Assembly (NCBI GenBank): GCA_905178155.1
Contig: CAJINV010000009.1
Location: 2,457,373 to 2,521,372 of the forward strand
DNA length: 64,000 bases
Reading direction: 5' to 3'
From: Amoebophrya sp. A120
Taxonomy: Eukaryota; Protista; Dinoflagellata
The translations under genes were made by a program, and so were the position numbers. A model generated the notes under the pieces. That model did not search any database, was not told where the DNA came from, and saw only the letters and a list, made by a program, of their open reading frames with translations. How positions within the stretch are numbered: position 1 is the first letter of the stretch; every line of letters starts with the position of its first letter. Below are positions 51,029 through 63,567 of the stretch, one piece after another.

Positions 51029-54000
51029 CTAGGAAAAGGGAATTTTTTGTTGAAGGGATGCAAACTCCGCCCGCACTGATTCATCTCTTGGACAGAAGGA
51101 GTCAGCTTGGTAGACAAACGCGTCATCGACATAGGCGGCAAATCTCCAAGATATTTTGTTGTTACTCTGATCCCGGTGAGACTTCAATCGAGCCTTGATC
51201 CAATTCCACCGAAAATGTATGTAGCTCCACTTTGCCCCCGAGCCTGTTGATCGACTTCTCCAAAAGGATGCCCGTCGATAAAACTCGGCGCGAAAGGTCT
51301 CGTGCCACTTCGGGTGCACCAAAGGTTCAGTGCAGTCTTTGCTGTGCCGCTTCTGCCCTTCGGCAATCGCCTTCTCTGGCCAGTCGTCAGGCTTCTCTTC
51401 CAGATTCAGTTTTTCTCGAGGACCCGTATCGAGGCAATAACCTGGGGTGGATGTTCAGTGCCAAGTAACTTTTCCTCGCTAAATGTACACCATATCATCG
51501 CTGAATATGAAACACAACCATGTTTGATTGAAATGCGAGATGATCACAAGTACCATAAGGTAGTTCGGCAAAATTCCAGGGTCCAAATTCGCGAACGAGA
51601 TATTGAGCTTGGAAAAGATATTCCGTAGCCATTCCGATGCGGCATCGCTCCTCATGAATCACACGACCAGACTCGGAGACGTTAGCAGAAATGGGAGTCC
51701 ACCCGCCTCGCCCGTCCGGTGCAAGCCGCTCTGGAACCAAAATCAAAGGGTGTTCCCAGACCACGAGAGATGTGGACGCAGAGTTCGTGGTGCTTGAAAT
51801 TCGCTCGTGAAAGAAGTTTAACACGTCTTTGAAAAAGCGCTCGTCTTCTGTAGGCAGGCACTGGGTCGTCTGCAACCGGTACGTTTCATACACCACTATC
51901 TCCAACGATGGCCAAGTTCCGCAAGCCCGCAAATCGAAGGCATGGAAATTTCCATAACAGTGTGGCATCATGGTCATAATCGTTGCAACCTGGAAGTACA
52001 AAGGAAAGGAAAGTGTCCAGGAGGCGAAGCGAAAACATGATCGCGAAGCACACTAGACTATGACACCAAAAAATACCCGCTCCGACATTGATGGAGCATC
52101 GACATACTGAGCATCAGGAGTACTCATCATACATACATAGACAAGACACTACATAGCTGGCGATCAGTACGAGGTTTTCTGCTTGCTTTTTGGATTTTCA
52201 CTCATCCGCTGCATCATTTTCTCAACCCGACTTTGTGACAAAATAGAAAAGAATTACAAATTTTTTGCGAATAAAAAAATACCGTCCAAATGTCCGGATC
52301 AAGTGCGGTTGTCTGCCCTAGGTCTCCGCCATCTGCTGCGAATTGATCTCTTGCTTCTTGCAGGTAGTCCCTGCCGTCATCTATTTCTGGGTTCCAGAAA
52401 TCCTTTGGCTTTTTGTCGCCCATCTGTCGCTCAGCCAAAAATTCAGCCAAAACCTTCAAAAACAGGCTTTCGCAGCTTTGCCCCTCCTCCTGCCTGGTTT
52501 TCAGCGCTGCGAGGTCTGCCTCCGAAACTGGTTCTGGGGCCACCTCCGGGACAAGTGGCTCTGCTGCAGCTGCTTTGCCTCTCGGCCGCCATACTGCAGT
52601 GCTGGACGAACTCCCGTCGGGCCTCGGAGTCGGCGGCGGCGAACCACCTCCTGGGCCTGTTTGTCGCCTTTCCGTGCTGTCAGAATCGGATTCTGAGTCT
52701 GAATCGCTGTCAGATGATTTCGAACTAGTAGAACCAACCGAGCTAGATCGCCCCCTCCGTCCCCCTCCGCGAGCGGACCGACCACTCGATCCAGCGTCCG
52801 AACTACCCCCACGACGGACACTTCGGGGCGGGGAGAGCGACCTCGGGCGGAGCGAGCAACTTGGATCAGCAGACGTCCGCAAACCCTCTGCATCTTCTCG
52901 CCCTCCAGGGGGACAGCCGCTGGCTGCATCTTCCACAGCCACCGGGGGAGCATGAGATTCGCCAGTATCTAATGATCCGCTTCCAGCGGCAGAACGCATA
53001 GGCAGAGTTTCGCCTGCGGGCAGTGCGTCCGCACGCCGTAAGTCATGATTTGTGCCGTCGTTTGTTCCTGCTTCGGTGGAAAAGCAAGTTGAAGAGGCGC
53101 TGCCTCCACCGGAAGCAGTACTTCCGGAAGTTGGAGTGCCATGGCCCTGCGCAAATGTCGTCTTATTTGTCCCATCGGTGTCTGCCGTTCCGGTTCCCGT
53201 ACTTGTTGTAAAATGCTGCGGTTGCTGGTTTTCGCCAGTCGGTTCTGTCCCGGAACTTCTTCCTGGTGAATTCAGATCTGAGGCACCACCGGAAGTAGAA
53301 GACCCACGAGTTTCAATACCGTCGCCGTTTGGTTCCGGCGTCCGTTCTCGCTCGACGTCTCCTGTGCCTGAAGCAGCTTGTGGCTGACGTCCCACTCCGC
53401 CGTGGTGACTCGGATTCGACGTTGCATGATCAGGATCGCTGTTGCCGGTATTCCCCGCTGAAGCTGCAGCACTTGTTCCCAAACCGATATTTCCAGTGGA
53501 GGAAGAGTGGTCGGTACTACCACCAACGTCTGATTGCGTTCCAGTTCGCGGTACTTCGCCTTGCTGTTCCTCCTGTTGGGCTGCTTGTGCTTCTTCTACT
53601 TCTTGCGCCTGACGATCATCAGTTCCAGTCTGTATCCCTTCTTCGCTTCCTCGGGGTGCCTGTTCCTGCGCCGACTGGTTTTCATCACTGATCGTCGTTT
53701 CTTGCGCTGCTGGAGCACTTGAGACTTCAGCTGCACGATCACTCTCATCCGGAGGAGATGATGACGCAGACGGGGCAACCGATACTGCATCAGCATCAGC
53801 TTCTGCCTGACCTTCTTGCGACTCCGGGTCAGAAGTTGCAGTTGATGGAATTGCCGCATTCGGTTGAACAGCAGCTGCCGGTTGAGCCGGCACCGTCGCA
53901 GCGGGAAGCACTGTTGGTGGGCTGGCGGAAACAGGCCCTGCAGTCGGTGCTGCAGAAGCGGAAGCGACCGGTGCTGGTTTTGGCGCTGCTGCACCACCAG

Positions 54001-57000
54001 TCGGTGCTGCAGGTTTTGGTTTTGGTTTCGCCGGCGCTAGAAACTCTGCTCCGGAAATGGGCCCCGGGGGGAAAAGGCTCAACAAGCCCGATGAAGGACT
54101 CGCAGGAGGGGTCGGTTGCTGCAAAGGAGCGGTCGTTCCGGCATTCCCGCCCTGACCATCATTTCCTAGACCTGTTGGTGGGCCGCTCGGGTTCCCTCCA
54201 TGTGAAGTGCCACCACCACCACCACCATCCCCGCCACCACCACCTCCATCCCCGTTGAAGATTCTCGTTGGGACTAAAATGTTCGGCTTATGCCCGCCGC
54301 CAAAGCCGCCAAACGGATACTCATCACCGTCCCCTGAAGATCCCAGCTCTGCTTTCTGCTTGTTCCCCTCGCTCACGTTGCCCATATGGACTGCCAAGCC
54401 AGTAGCGCTGGCGAAAAGACAAACAGCGATGATGGTCATGATAATGGTGGAGAGCGATGAGGCCAGGAAAGCGGCGCAAGGAGATGATGCAGAAGATGTC
54501 GATGACGAGGAGGGATCTGCTGTTATGGGATGAAATTTGTCTTGCGGCAGGTCCTCCTCGTTGTCGTCACGTGCAAAACTTGGCGTCGTGTCTCGCTGCC
54601 CGCCGGTGTCGAAGGTTTGTGTTGCAGAAGTTAGCGATGCTGTTTTGTTGTTTTCCGAAGCAAAACCCTCGGCAGCGGCTCCTTGCACGACGTGCTGCTG
54701 CTGCGACATCAATGCCGCACCTTTCTCAGCATTTTCATCCACCTTCTCTTGCTCTTCCTCTGAGGATGATGCCAGCTCTGGCTCGTGTTCTTCTGCTGCT
54801 TCATTTCCAAGTCCAACTTCTCGGACATTGCCGTTTCTCATGCTCTTTTCCTCACTACCCGCCTCGACCAAATCCTTGTCGGAGTCGGCCTGACCCGTCG
54901 TAGCACCGCCGCAATCATCCTGGTTTCCAAGTCCGTCTTGTCGTCGTGCCAGTAGCTCCCCTTTCTCCGCACCCGTAGCACCGAAAGAAGTCGAGTTGCA
55001 GGAGTAGTTCATCGCTTGTTTCGCCAACAACGGCAACGACGTCTGCTCCATAAATTCCTCTTCGTAAATGTCCGACAGCCGATGGCCCTCCCATTTCGTC
55101 GTTTTTCCCTTCATGTCTTCTTCATTGACAAGGTTTTTCGGCATTTTCAGCAGCTTTTGATTCTTCCGGGTCTTGGTGGTCCCTTGGCCGGGCTGCAAAC
55201 TCGCATCATACTGCTCATCTCCCATTTCCAAATACTTCAGCACCGTCTCTGCGTCCCATCGCCTTTCCCAACGCCACCGCAGCGTGACCTGCAACAGAGA
55301 CACCAGATGGCCGAATAACGCCGCGTCTTGCTGTTCCCACCGCCGAGATTTCGAGTACAGGATACGGACCCGGGAATCCGCCACGGCGAACTGCGCCCGC
55401 ATCCCGCACCCCTCTAAGTGCTCGTACGGCGCCCGACCGTACAATAACTGGTAGAGGATGATCCCCAAAGCCCAAACGTCAGCGGCTGGCCGCATTTTCA
55501 AACTCGCCGATCCCTCATCCGGCTGGTAGAACGCCTCGGGCGGCATGTAGCGCGGCGTGCCGCACTGCCGATCACGGGAGACGTGGGTGATTCCCTCGTC
55601 TTTATTGATCCCTCTCGCGAGGCCGAAATCAGAGACCTTCACGATGTTGTCCACGATAAGAAAATTCGCGGGTTTGAGATCAAAGTGGATCAACCCGAGG
55701 CTGTGAATCGCCGCTACACCGGCGACCATGTCGCGCCAGAGGTTGCGAATGTCGTAAATGGAGAAAATTTCGTAGTTTTTCCGGAGGAAAGAATGAAGAT
55801 TGGGTATGGGAGGGGAAAGAAGGTGCTTCAGTTGCTGAACCAGTTCCAGTTGATGTACTGCAGATTCTTTGTCGTGCGGAAAAAAAAAATGGCAAATTCC
55901 ATCCGGCTGCGGCTTCACTCGCAACATGGGAAGACATAGGTAAGCTTCCCGCACTGCTGCATCTTACCCAAGCTTATTTCACATCCCAAAAATATATACA
56001 ACTTATGTACGATTCAAACCAACAGAAACACTTCCCTTCCATACCACAGTCCGCGAACTCCAGCAAAATGTGGATCACCAGGTCTTTCGGAAAAAATTTC
56101 GCTTCCCCGATCATCTTCACTACCCGCAGCTCGTCTGCGCTGTGGCCAACATTGCCCTTCCCCCCTGCGCTCGCACGATTTTTGTCCCGCAAAACCCGCA
56201 GCCAGTTTACCTCCATGGCAAACGAACGCATTTGCCGCGCGTCCCGTGCGTAGACGACCTTCAATGCGTATCGGGTGGCGGATAGCTGAGAAGCTTTCAT
56301 CTCCCTGTCGCGACCGTTGCCGCTGCTTCCAATGCCACCACTTCGCGACGCGTCACGATTGCAGCTGTAGTTGCCACGACTGCCCGAGGCTGTAGTAGTT
56401 GAGCCTCCGTCTACCACACAAGTTCGCAAATCTAGGCACTCGAACACTTCTGCCGACCCGCCCTTCCCAATCCGCTTCACAACTTCGAGCAATAAAGTCG
56501 GCTTGTTGAAGTCCACGTGATGGTTGTCAACCACCTCTTCGCCCATGCAGATGACCACTCCTGGGCCAACGCGGGCGGTGGCGGTCACGTCGATTTTTTT
56601 GCGCTGAATGAAGGCGAACGTGGAGAGTAGCGAATCGTTTTCTTGGTACGAAGTCCGGCAGTCCTCGTCGTTGAAATACTCGGGCAGGTCGCTTGGGGAG
56701 TTGAGAAAAGGGGCGCTGTGGCGCCCATAAACGGGGATGCTGGCTACGGGGGTGGAAAGTACAGGCTCAGGAGGTGAAAGATTCGCCACTTTATTCGCGC
56801 TCGCAGGACACACATCTGGGAGATTGCCGTTGGGTCCACCATCATGATCCCGGGCGTCGTTGCCCCTCTGGAGCTTGCCATTAGGCGCGGGAGGAGTGTC
56901 AATCTTTTCCGCGCGCCGAGGTGGAATCTGTGTGGACTCCGGGACAAAAGGGTCGCGGAGGGTTTCGGCCTTGTCGCTGCACCTCAATCCAGAGCTAGTA

Positions 57001-58214
57001 GTGTCGCGGGGATTTTTTCTCTTTGTTTGAAGACCATGCTGACCATACGCTCGTTTCTGGTGTCCGTCTTGGGCAACGGGCTCTCCTTGGGCTTCTTGCT
57101 GATTCTGGTGGAGCATTGGCTTCGCACCTCGCTGCTCTCGGTTGTATTCAGGGTCCTCAATCGTGAAACCCACTTCCTGCTTGCGGTCACCGTTTGATGT
57201 ATCCACAACAGCCACCATTGGCAGGTCCGCCTGGTAGACAAAGTCTTGGAGTCCTTGACGCTGGTCGTTCTCGACAGCATTTCGCTGATATCGTTCTTGC
57301 GGTGCCGGCGCTCCCGCTGTGCCATTTTCGCAGTCGGCATTGCTATCGAAGCTGGTTTCTCTGTTTTCCAGCCGCCCTCTGACACTGACTGTGCTGGAGT
57401 TGCGTTTTTTTTCGCGATAGGCGTCAGTGAGGGCTGCATGGTCAACCTTTCTCCCCCTGGGAACCGAGGAAAAACAGCTCTCGGTTTCTCTGTTCGGATT
57501 GTAGCCCGTCGACGAAAACTCCTCTCGTGTCGACCGCCGGATATCAACATGGCCGCGGCCGGGCCGCGCAGCGGCAGCCGCTCCTGTCCTGCTTATCACA
57601 TCGCCTTCAATCGTACTCGTCGCCGCCGGCCTTCTGGCGTCGTTTTGCTCCTGATAGTAGGAGCTTCCATGATTGCCGGCGGAAAAGGTGGCGCTCACCT
57701 CTACGCCGTCGTAGGAGATCGCGTTTCGCTCTCGAGCGTAAGGGTCACGCGGCACAAGAACATTTCCCCGTTCTTGTGACAGATCGTCCTGCTCGTCCCG
57801 TGCAGCTTGGCACTCGTAAGCAGCCTGTTCATGATCTCGAACACCAACACCTTCTCCTTGTTGTCCCACGCCGGCTCCTGCATTTGTATTTCCATTTGCG
57901 CCCCGTGCCGGCCAAACTCTCGCCTCGAAGTCTACTGTGGTCGCAGTATGCAACGCCGACGTTGCCTGTGTCGGAACTGGGGCGACGGGTAAAGGATAGC
58001 TTGGGACATCGTGCTCTTCTTGGACGAAGCGCGCATTGTTTTTTTCGCAGCGTCTAATATTGCCCGGCTCTGCTAAGTCGCGGCCGGCGGCATTAGTAGC
58101 CCTACCCTGATCTGGATGGTCGTGAGGGTGAAAATTACGTCGGCCAGATGGAATCGCGGGTCGTGGGGGATTGTCTTTCTGCTTGAAATGGTGGCTGTGC
58201 TGGTCGTCGCCCAT
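51029..58214 (-). CDS. Mps1/TTK-like Ser/Thr kinase + TM helix + Pro/Ser/Gly-rich stalk + unknown C-terminal domain, ~2200 aa
   Basis: IGKGGSAEVF, YALK, IHFDLKPANFL, DFGLA, GTPRYMPPE, DVWALGIILYQL; TM IIMTIIAVCLFASATGLAV; introns 55805-56043 (TIR), 51990-52282 and ~51441-51552 (GT-AG). Confidence 0.88.
55805..56043. mobile_element. Old TIR introner inside the kinase domain
   Basis: TIR tatgg.aggg.aa..gtg.ttc.gttg; DR fully diverged; element + 5 nt removal is in frame (EFADC[D/G]LHSFL). Confidence 0.8.
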
Positions 58215-60444
58215 AGGGTAAATAATCTCCAGGTCGTCGCACCACAGAAGGAGCAGTCACTGGCCCATAGGTAATAATAAAGGAGTGATACTGCTCTGCC
58301 TGTCGATATAGTAGTTGTCGCGCCGATATTTTACGAACTTGTTTAACTCGAAACAATGTAGTACCAAGAAACCATTTCCGGGGAACAAGAGGCGATACTG
58401 CATGCGGCACGATGTCGACCTCGTTCAGGAAACTGCTCGTCCCCGATGCGCTGTCCCGCTTATATTCGTGTCCTTCGGACCTCCACCAGGGATTACGAGA
58501 TTGTAAGGCTTTCAGAGACGATAAACTTCCCCGCGCGAAAATCTTCTTTCGGGTTTGGCAGAAAAATGTCCATCCGTGTGCTGCGTTCCACTGTGCAAAT
58601 AAACTCCTGTCTAAAGATTAAAACTAGTCGCAGAATTGTGTATAAAGTTCTAGTCGTGTGAAACTGAAACCGTAGTGATCTACAAAAATATTCAATTGCA
58701 ACTCATGAAACTGCGATATGATAGTAACGTGCTGCCTTTGTGATGGCTAATTCTCGGGAGCACTACATAAGTTGACAGAAAAACTTCCAAGTGCCAGTCA
58801 TCATACACTCAACCAGAAACATTGCCGTTCAAAGGCAGTTCCATAAAATCATCTAGGGCTATATCTATGTACTGAAAAAATGGTCGCCATATTACCGCGA
58901 CTACAACTGCGCGTGACTGAAGCGATGATGAAAAACGAATTTTTATCAAACGAAGAGATAAAGCGCATCACCAACAGCAGTGAGACGATGCCACGACAAG
59001 CGGCGATCTGACAAAACGACTTTATCACGATTAGATTTTTATATGAAAGCGATTTCAATTTTCGTTTGCGGCACGGAGCCGAAATCGTTCGTTCCTAATG
59101 TAGTCGGTGAAACACGATGAATTTATTTCGATTTGCATCTACTGTGTTAAAAGCCTCGTAGTAGTGCCATTTCTCTATTGTCTCAAGCGGCATTTTTTCG
59201 AAAAGATGAGCTGCCAGCCGGTACTGCAACATCATCAAGAGCTTTGCTCTGATGGAATCGCACTGTCAGGTTAGCAGCCAGTTGCAATTCAGTTACACTT
59301 CTCAGTGTAGCAAATGCAAGCCACAGACATATGGTCCATTGCCCTGCATGCTGCAGAATCGATTTTGAGGCTTGGTCAGCGCGTGCAGTGACGATATGAT
59401 CGTTGGAGAACAGAAAAATTTATTTATGAGCACAATGGATGATGATCATTTCTCTATCTGAGACCACCTGGGAGGGTGGTACACAAATTCTCTAGGGAGT
59501 TTTGGCATACACCAGAAGCCTCCGAATCGTATTTCCCATCGTCTCCGCCTGTTGCGTATTTTTCTCCAAACTAACTGGTGCACGAGCCTCAGCTAGAAGT
59601 CGTGCAACGCAACTTTCTCACTTTTGTCAAAAGCTAGGTAGTGGCTCTTGGAGTTGCAACTTTAACTCGTCAAACAGCTGCGATGCTGATAGTGCCTTGG
59701 TCGTGCTCCTCATTGTTCTGGCTCTCGTCGCGCCATGAAATAAGTTCTACAGTTGCTTTTCCGAAATCTCTATCTCTTCCCGCTGCAGCTCCCAAGAGGA
59801 AGATCCTACCATAGCTAGCATCCGGTGCTGCCAGATGCCTTGCAGCGTTGCAGAACAGCCAAAACAAGTCGAGCAGCATATATTTATATCTGGTGCACCA
59901 TTACAAGAAATCGATAAATTACAAGGATACTGTGACAATGAGTGCATTGTGTCGAATAGAAAAAACTTTGTTCTGGGAATAATTTTTCCGGCAGTGTCGC
60001 AACTAGAAAGGTCGTCGTTAAAAGGTGAGACGATGAAGACTAAGACAGCCGTTGCTCTACTTCTTCTTCGTGAAGATAGTAACTGTTTCAGTTTGTTCTG
60101 TTACCGCCCCACCGTGGTGTGAAAAAGTACAGATTTCCGTTTCGCTTTCGATGCAAATGCAACAGACAATGGTTTAGTTGGACAACTGATCCTGATGTTG
60201 AACTAGAACTAACTACAACTTTTATTAGGTTCAAAATACTAAAAAAACTCCGCTTTGACGTCGTGATAAACTCAAATTGCAAATCCGTCGAAAAATGCAT
60301 TTCCGGTCGTGTGAAACAGGTAAAAACTACGTCGCATATTTTTTCCTCGAACCAGATACAAGCACGGCGCTAGCATCCACTTCTTGTCGTGTGTGGTCTA
60401 TCGCTTGAGTAGTAACTTCCGTTTGGTTGTTCGCTTTATTCAAT

Positions 60445-60723
60445 TATCCTGAGTAAAAACGTACCCACACCAGAGTCAGGGTGGGGATTTTGCAACACAA
60501 ACCTAGGAGTTTTGTAAGTCACGCATGACAAGTTGCACTCTGTAGTGTAGTGCAGATTAGAAAGTGCAGCCGCATCACAAATCCAGCTGCTCATCCTGTG
60601 CACAGCATTACAAATTCCAAAACACGATTGGAAATGGCTCTCATGGGGATGCGCATTACAAGTCTTCCTGTCTTTGCAAATCTGCATTACACCTCTGGTG
60701 TGGGTACGTTTTTACTCAGGATA
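60445..60723. mobile_element. Family E element with perfect 31-bp TIR
   Basis: DR tcaat/tcaat; tatcctgagtaaaaacgtacccacaccagag and its exact reverse complement. Confidence 0.95.
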
Positions 60724-60757
60724 TCAATTTCTAGGTGTTTTGCTTCCGCCCGACGCT

Positions 60758-61020
60758 TATCAAATGCAAAAGTGTCTGGGTCTGGAAGAGCCATGCTGTT
60801 TTTGCATGACGCAGAAGGTCTGGCATGGAAGCTCTAGCATTTACAGGTTAGTTTATTATAGAAGCATCCGCAAAAATACAGAATCCGCATCACAAATCCC
60901 CGATTTTGGTGACAGAAAGTAGGCAGCTTTTGCTGACTATGCATGGGAGATTTTTCTGCTTTCTGAAATACGCATCACAAGTTTGTATTCTTCCAGACCC
61001 AGAAATTTTTGCAGTTGATA
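60758..61020. mobile_element. Family B element just downstream of the RRM gene stop
   Basis: DR acgct/acgct; family B TIR. Confidence 0.92.
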
Positions 61021-61033
61021 ACGCTGACACCCT

Positions 61034-62151
61034 TCAGTCCCAAGAGTGGTCTCCCATCTTCACCCGCAGACGCTGTGCTATCGAGGTGTAAAGGAACTTC
61101 GAGTCGTCGAAGAAAATGGTTTTTTCGTAATTGCAAAATCGGAATTCTTATGGTGCAGCACGAACCTCGACCAAAGAGCGGTTTGCAGAACAATCTTCCG
61201 GCTGATCCTGATCCTGCTAATCTGCATACTTCTTACAACTACTCGCGATGCAAAGTTAATAGAAACCGTTCATCTTCATCACCTACACCTTGCAAAGTTT
61301 TGCAATACAAACTACCCCCACGACAACTTGACTCGAAGTGGTCCTGGCAAAATTTCGGATAGCATCCCAGCCCTTAATCTTTCGGTCATCCAACTTGTCC
61401 ACCAAATCCTGCGCCATAGACCTGAAAAGAAGTATAATTACAAGTGGAATCTTTATTTCGATGTTGGCACGAGAAATCTTCAACGTACGGGTGCATAAAA
61501 AGCCCGCATCACAATAAACTCTTCAAACTCCGAAATTATATCAAGTCGAATTCATCTCTATACCTGCTCTTGAACTCCAGAATGCCACAGGCCGTGCCCT
61601 GACGGTTGCGAAAGGTGCGGGCAAACGTCACATCCATGTATCTGTCTCCGCCCACATGCTGCCTTCCCATTTCCTTCAACTAGAGTATGGGAATGAGAAA
61701 TTTCTTGTTTCTCGAGCGCAGAATCTGTGATGAATTTGTGTTGCATAAAAGAACCACATAGATACATAGAGAGTTGAGTAGAGATAGCAGCCAGTACGTA
61801 GATAGTGCCAATGTGGTTCTGCATCACAAACTCTCATTCTACGATCAAGAGCCGGAAGATTGCTCTTGCATATCGGTCCAGGTCATGTCGTTCGGAATCC
61901 CCTCCAACGTGATCTTGTAAGCGCCCTCCGACAACTCACCTGGAATTTCAATTTGTAATTATAATGCGGAAGGAAGTATAGTGGTTTAAATTTGTCATGC
62001 TCGGAACAAGTGTCCTCGGCTTTCTACTTTCTTCGCAAAAAGAAATCCACCAGTCTGTGTTGCACAAAACCAAACTCGCGATTCCTACTTCGTCATGCAG
62101 AATAACCTCAAGAACAAAAAGCACATTCGTAAATAGTACCTTTGGCCCTCG
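61034..62151 (-). CDS. 3' part of an SR-protein-like RRM gene (SWQDLKD-type RRM); 5' part missing
   Basis: Five micro-exons splice to YKITLEGIPNDMTWTELKEMGRQ..DVTFARTF..GTACGILEFKSRSMAQDLVDKLDDRKIKGWD.RLRVKMGDHSWD*; GT-AG introns 61940-62139 and 61422-61563. Confidence 0.8.
61079..61361. mobile_element. Old TIR introner
   Basis: tatc..acttcgagtc TIR; diverged DR; in-frame join. Confidence 0.75.
61686..61872. mobile_element. Old TIR introner
   Basis: tat...ata ends; diverged DR; join restores WT[E/D]LKE. Confidence 0.75.
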
Positions 62152-62315
62152 TATGCAATGCAAAAGCATCGTACTAGTATAACTACAAGTACAAATGCAT
62201 TACAAATTTCCTCAGCATGAGAAATAAAATTTGTAATGCAGATTTGCCTTGAAGACAAGATTTGTAAAAATGCAAGACTTGCATTTGTACGAGTACGATA
62301 CTTTTGCACAGGATA
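62152..62315. mobile_element. Family C element (inverted) with non-matching flanks from two different genes
   Basis: Left flank cctcg (RRM gene), right flank acctg (AN1 gene). Confidence 0.88.
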
Positions 62316-62407
62316 ACCTGCCGGGAAACGCCGGCGGTGCCCTTGCAGTTGTGGTCTTCTTCCCTTCTGTGGTCGAGGCAGAAAACAAGTTGGCAGCGGA
62401 CGCAGGT

Positions 62408-62557
62408 TATCCTGTGCAAAAGTATCACACTCGTACTAATTGCAGTCATCCATGACAAATCTGGTTCCTAAGGCAAATCCGCATTACAAATTTAGTTTGT
62501 AATGCTGAGCAAATTTGTAATGCAATTCATACTAGTACGATACTTTTGCAGTTCATA
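62408..62557. mobile_element. Family C introner at the same site as 32259-33261
   Basis: DR caggt/caggt; same position, near-identical sequence. Confidence 0.95.
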
Positions 62558-62623
62558 CAGGTGAAGGGCAGAAAATCCTGCTGGTGGCACCCCGGGAAAG
62601 CGCAGTGTGCGCCGATGTGGGCG

Positions 62624-62837
62624 TATGACCAGAAAAAAGTGTTACAGTTACACACATAGTCTATGCAAGACCGGCATCACAGACAGCCTTTCTCATGCAG
62701 GAAATGCTTTGGATCCTCATTTCCTTCCTGTTTTCCCTTATGTTTTCTGCATTGCAAGTTCTCTCTCTCATGCAGAGAAAACTTGTGTTGCGGAATTGAC
62801 AACAAATGTGCAACTGTAACACTTTTTTCGTGGGATA
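62624..62837. mobile_element. TIR introner unique to this AN1 copy
   Basis: DR gggcg/gggcg; TIR tat..c.gaaaaaagtgttacagtt; empty site at 33323-33327. Confidence 0.95.
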
Positions 62838-63567
62838 GGGCGAAATGGGTCATGAGTGGTTCTTGTTTCTCGTGAAGACAAGAAATGCGAAGAGGATTAG
62901 AAAAATTTCTATTTGGGATACAACTAGGAGGTCCTGATCATGTAGCTAGTATACAATTACAACTTTAGGGTTTTTATAATTTTTTCTCATACACATACTC
63001 CCCGTGGTATCATCTTACAAACAGACAAGCCTACTGGGTTGCGCAAGCATCTGCAGTTGCTTGTTGTATTTGCCTCGCTCCATACGTGCCTACATGATCG
63101 TCAGTTCTTTTCTCCGTATGAACCAGGCGGACGATGAAGACTCTTCTTGATGTCTGTTGATGCACATTGAGTTTTTCGCTCGCCCCCAAATGTTGCCAGT
63201 CAGTGCTTTATTTGCATTTCTGCTCAGCGTTCGCGCTCGCCTCAGTTGACGGTTTTTTCTTTTTGACTCGCTGTGTACTCCCCTCAACATGAAAATCTGC
63301 ATCGAGCACATTTATCCCTTTCGCGATTTCTCCTGAGAGCGACAGACCTTGCGCGAAGCACGCGACTCGTTGGAGATGTGCGACCTCTTCGCAATTGATC
63401 GTTTCGGTTGCGGTTAGTCATAGACCGGCTACTTGCCCATGGTCCTCTTCGCATCTGCCAAAAATGCATGTCAATGCGACGTAGCCTGCCTTCGCATTCG
63501 CATTAATACTCATCCATGTCACTTCCACACCCCTCCTATCAAGTGCTTCCTCCCAATTCCCGTCCCC

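Larger units (their letters stand above)
62316..62853 (-). pseudogene. 5' fragment of a second AN1 gene copy (first finger only)
   Basis: MTHFAHIGAHCAFPGCHQQDFLPFTC...VSRQV, then the junction to the RRM gene. Confidence 0.8.

Noticed and set aside
51623-51633. ccgtagccatt, matching part of the dinoflagellate spliced leader
   Set aside because: Only 11 nt, on the antisense strand of conserved GMATE codons; most likely chance
62085-62458. Recurrent short ORF peptides such as MTAISTSAILLHRI and MLFSQKTY as a protein family
   Set aside because: They are translations of introner termini
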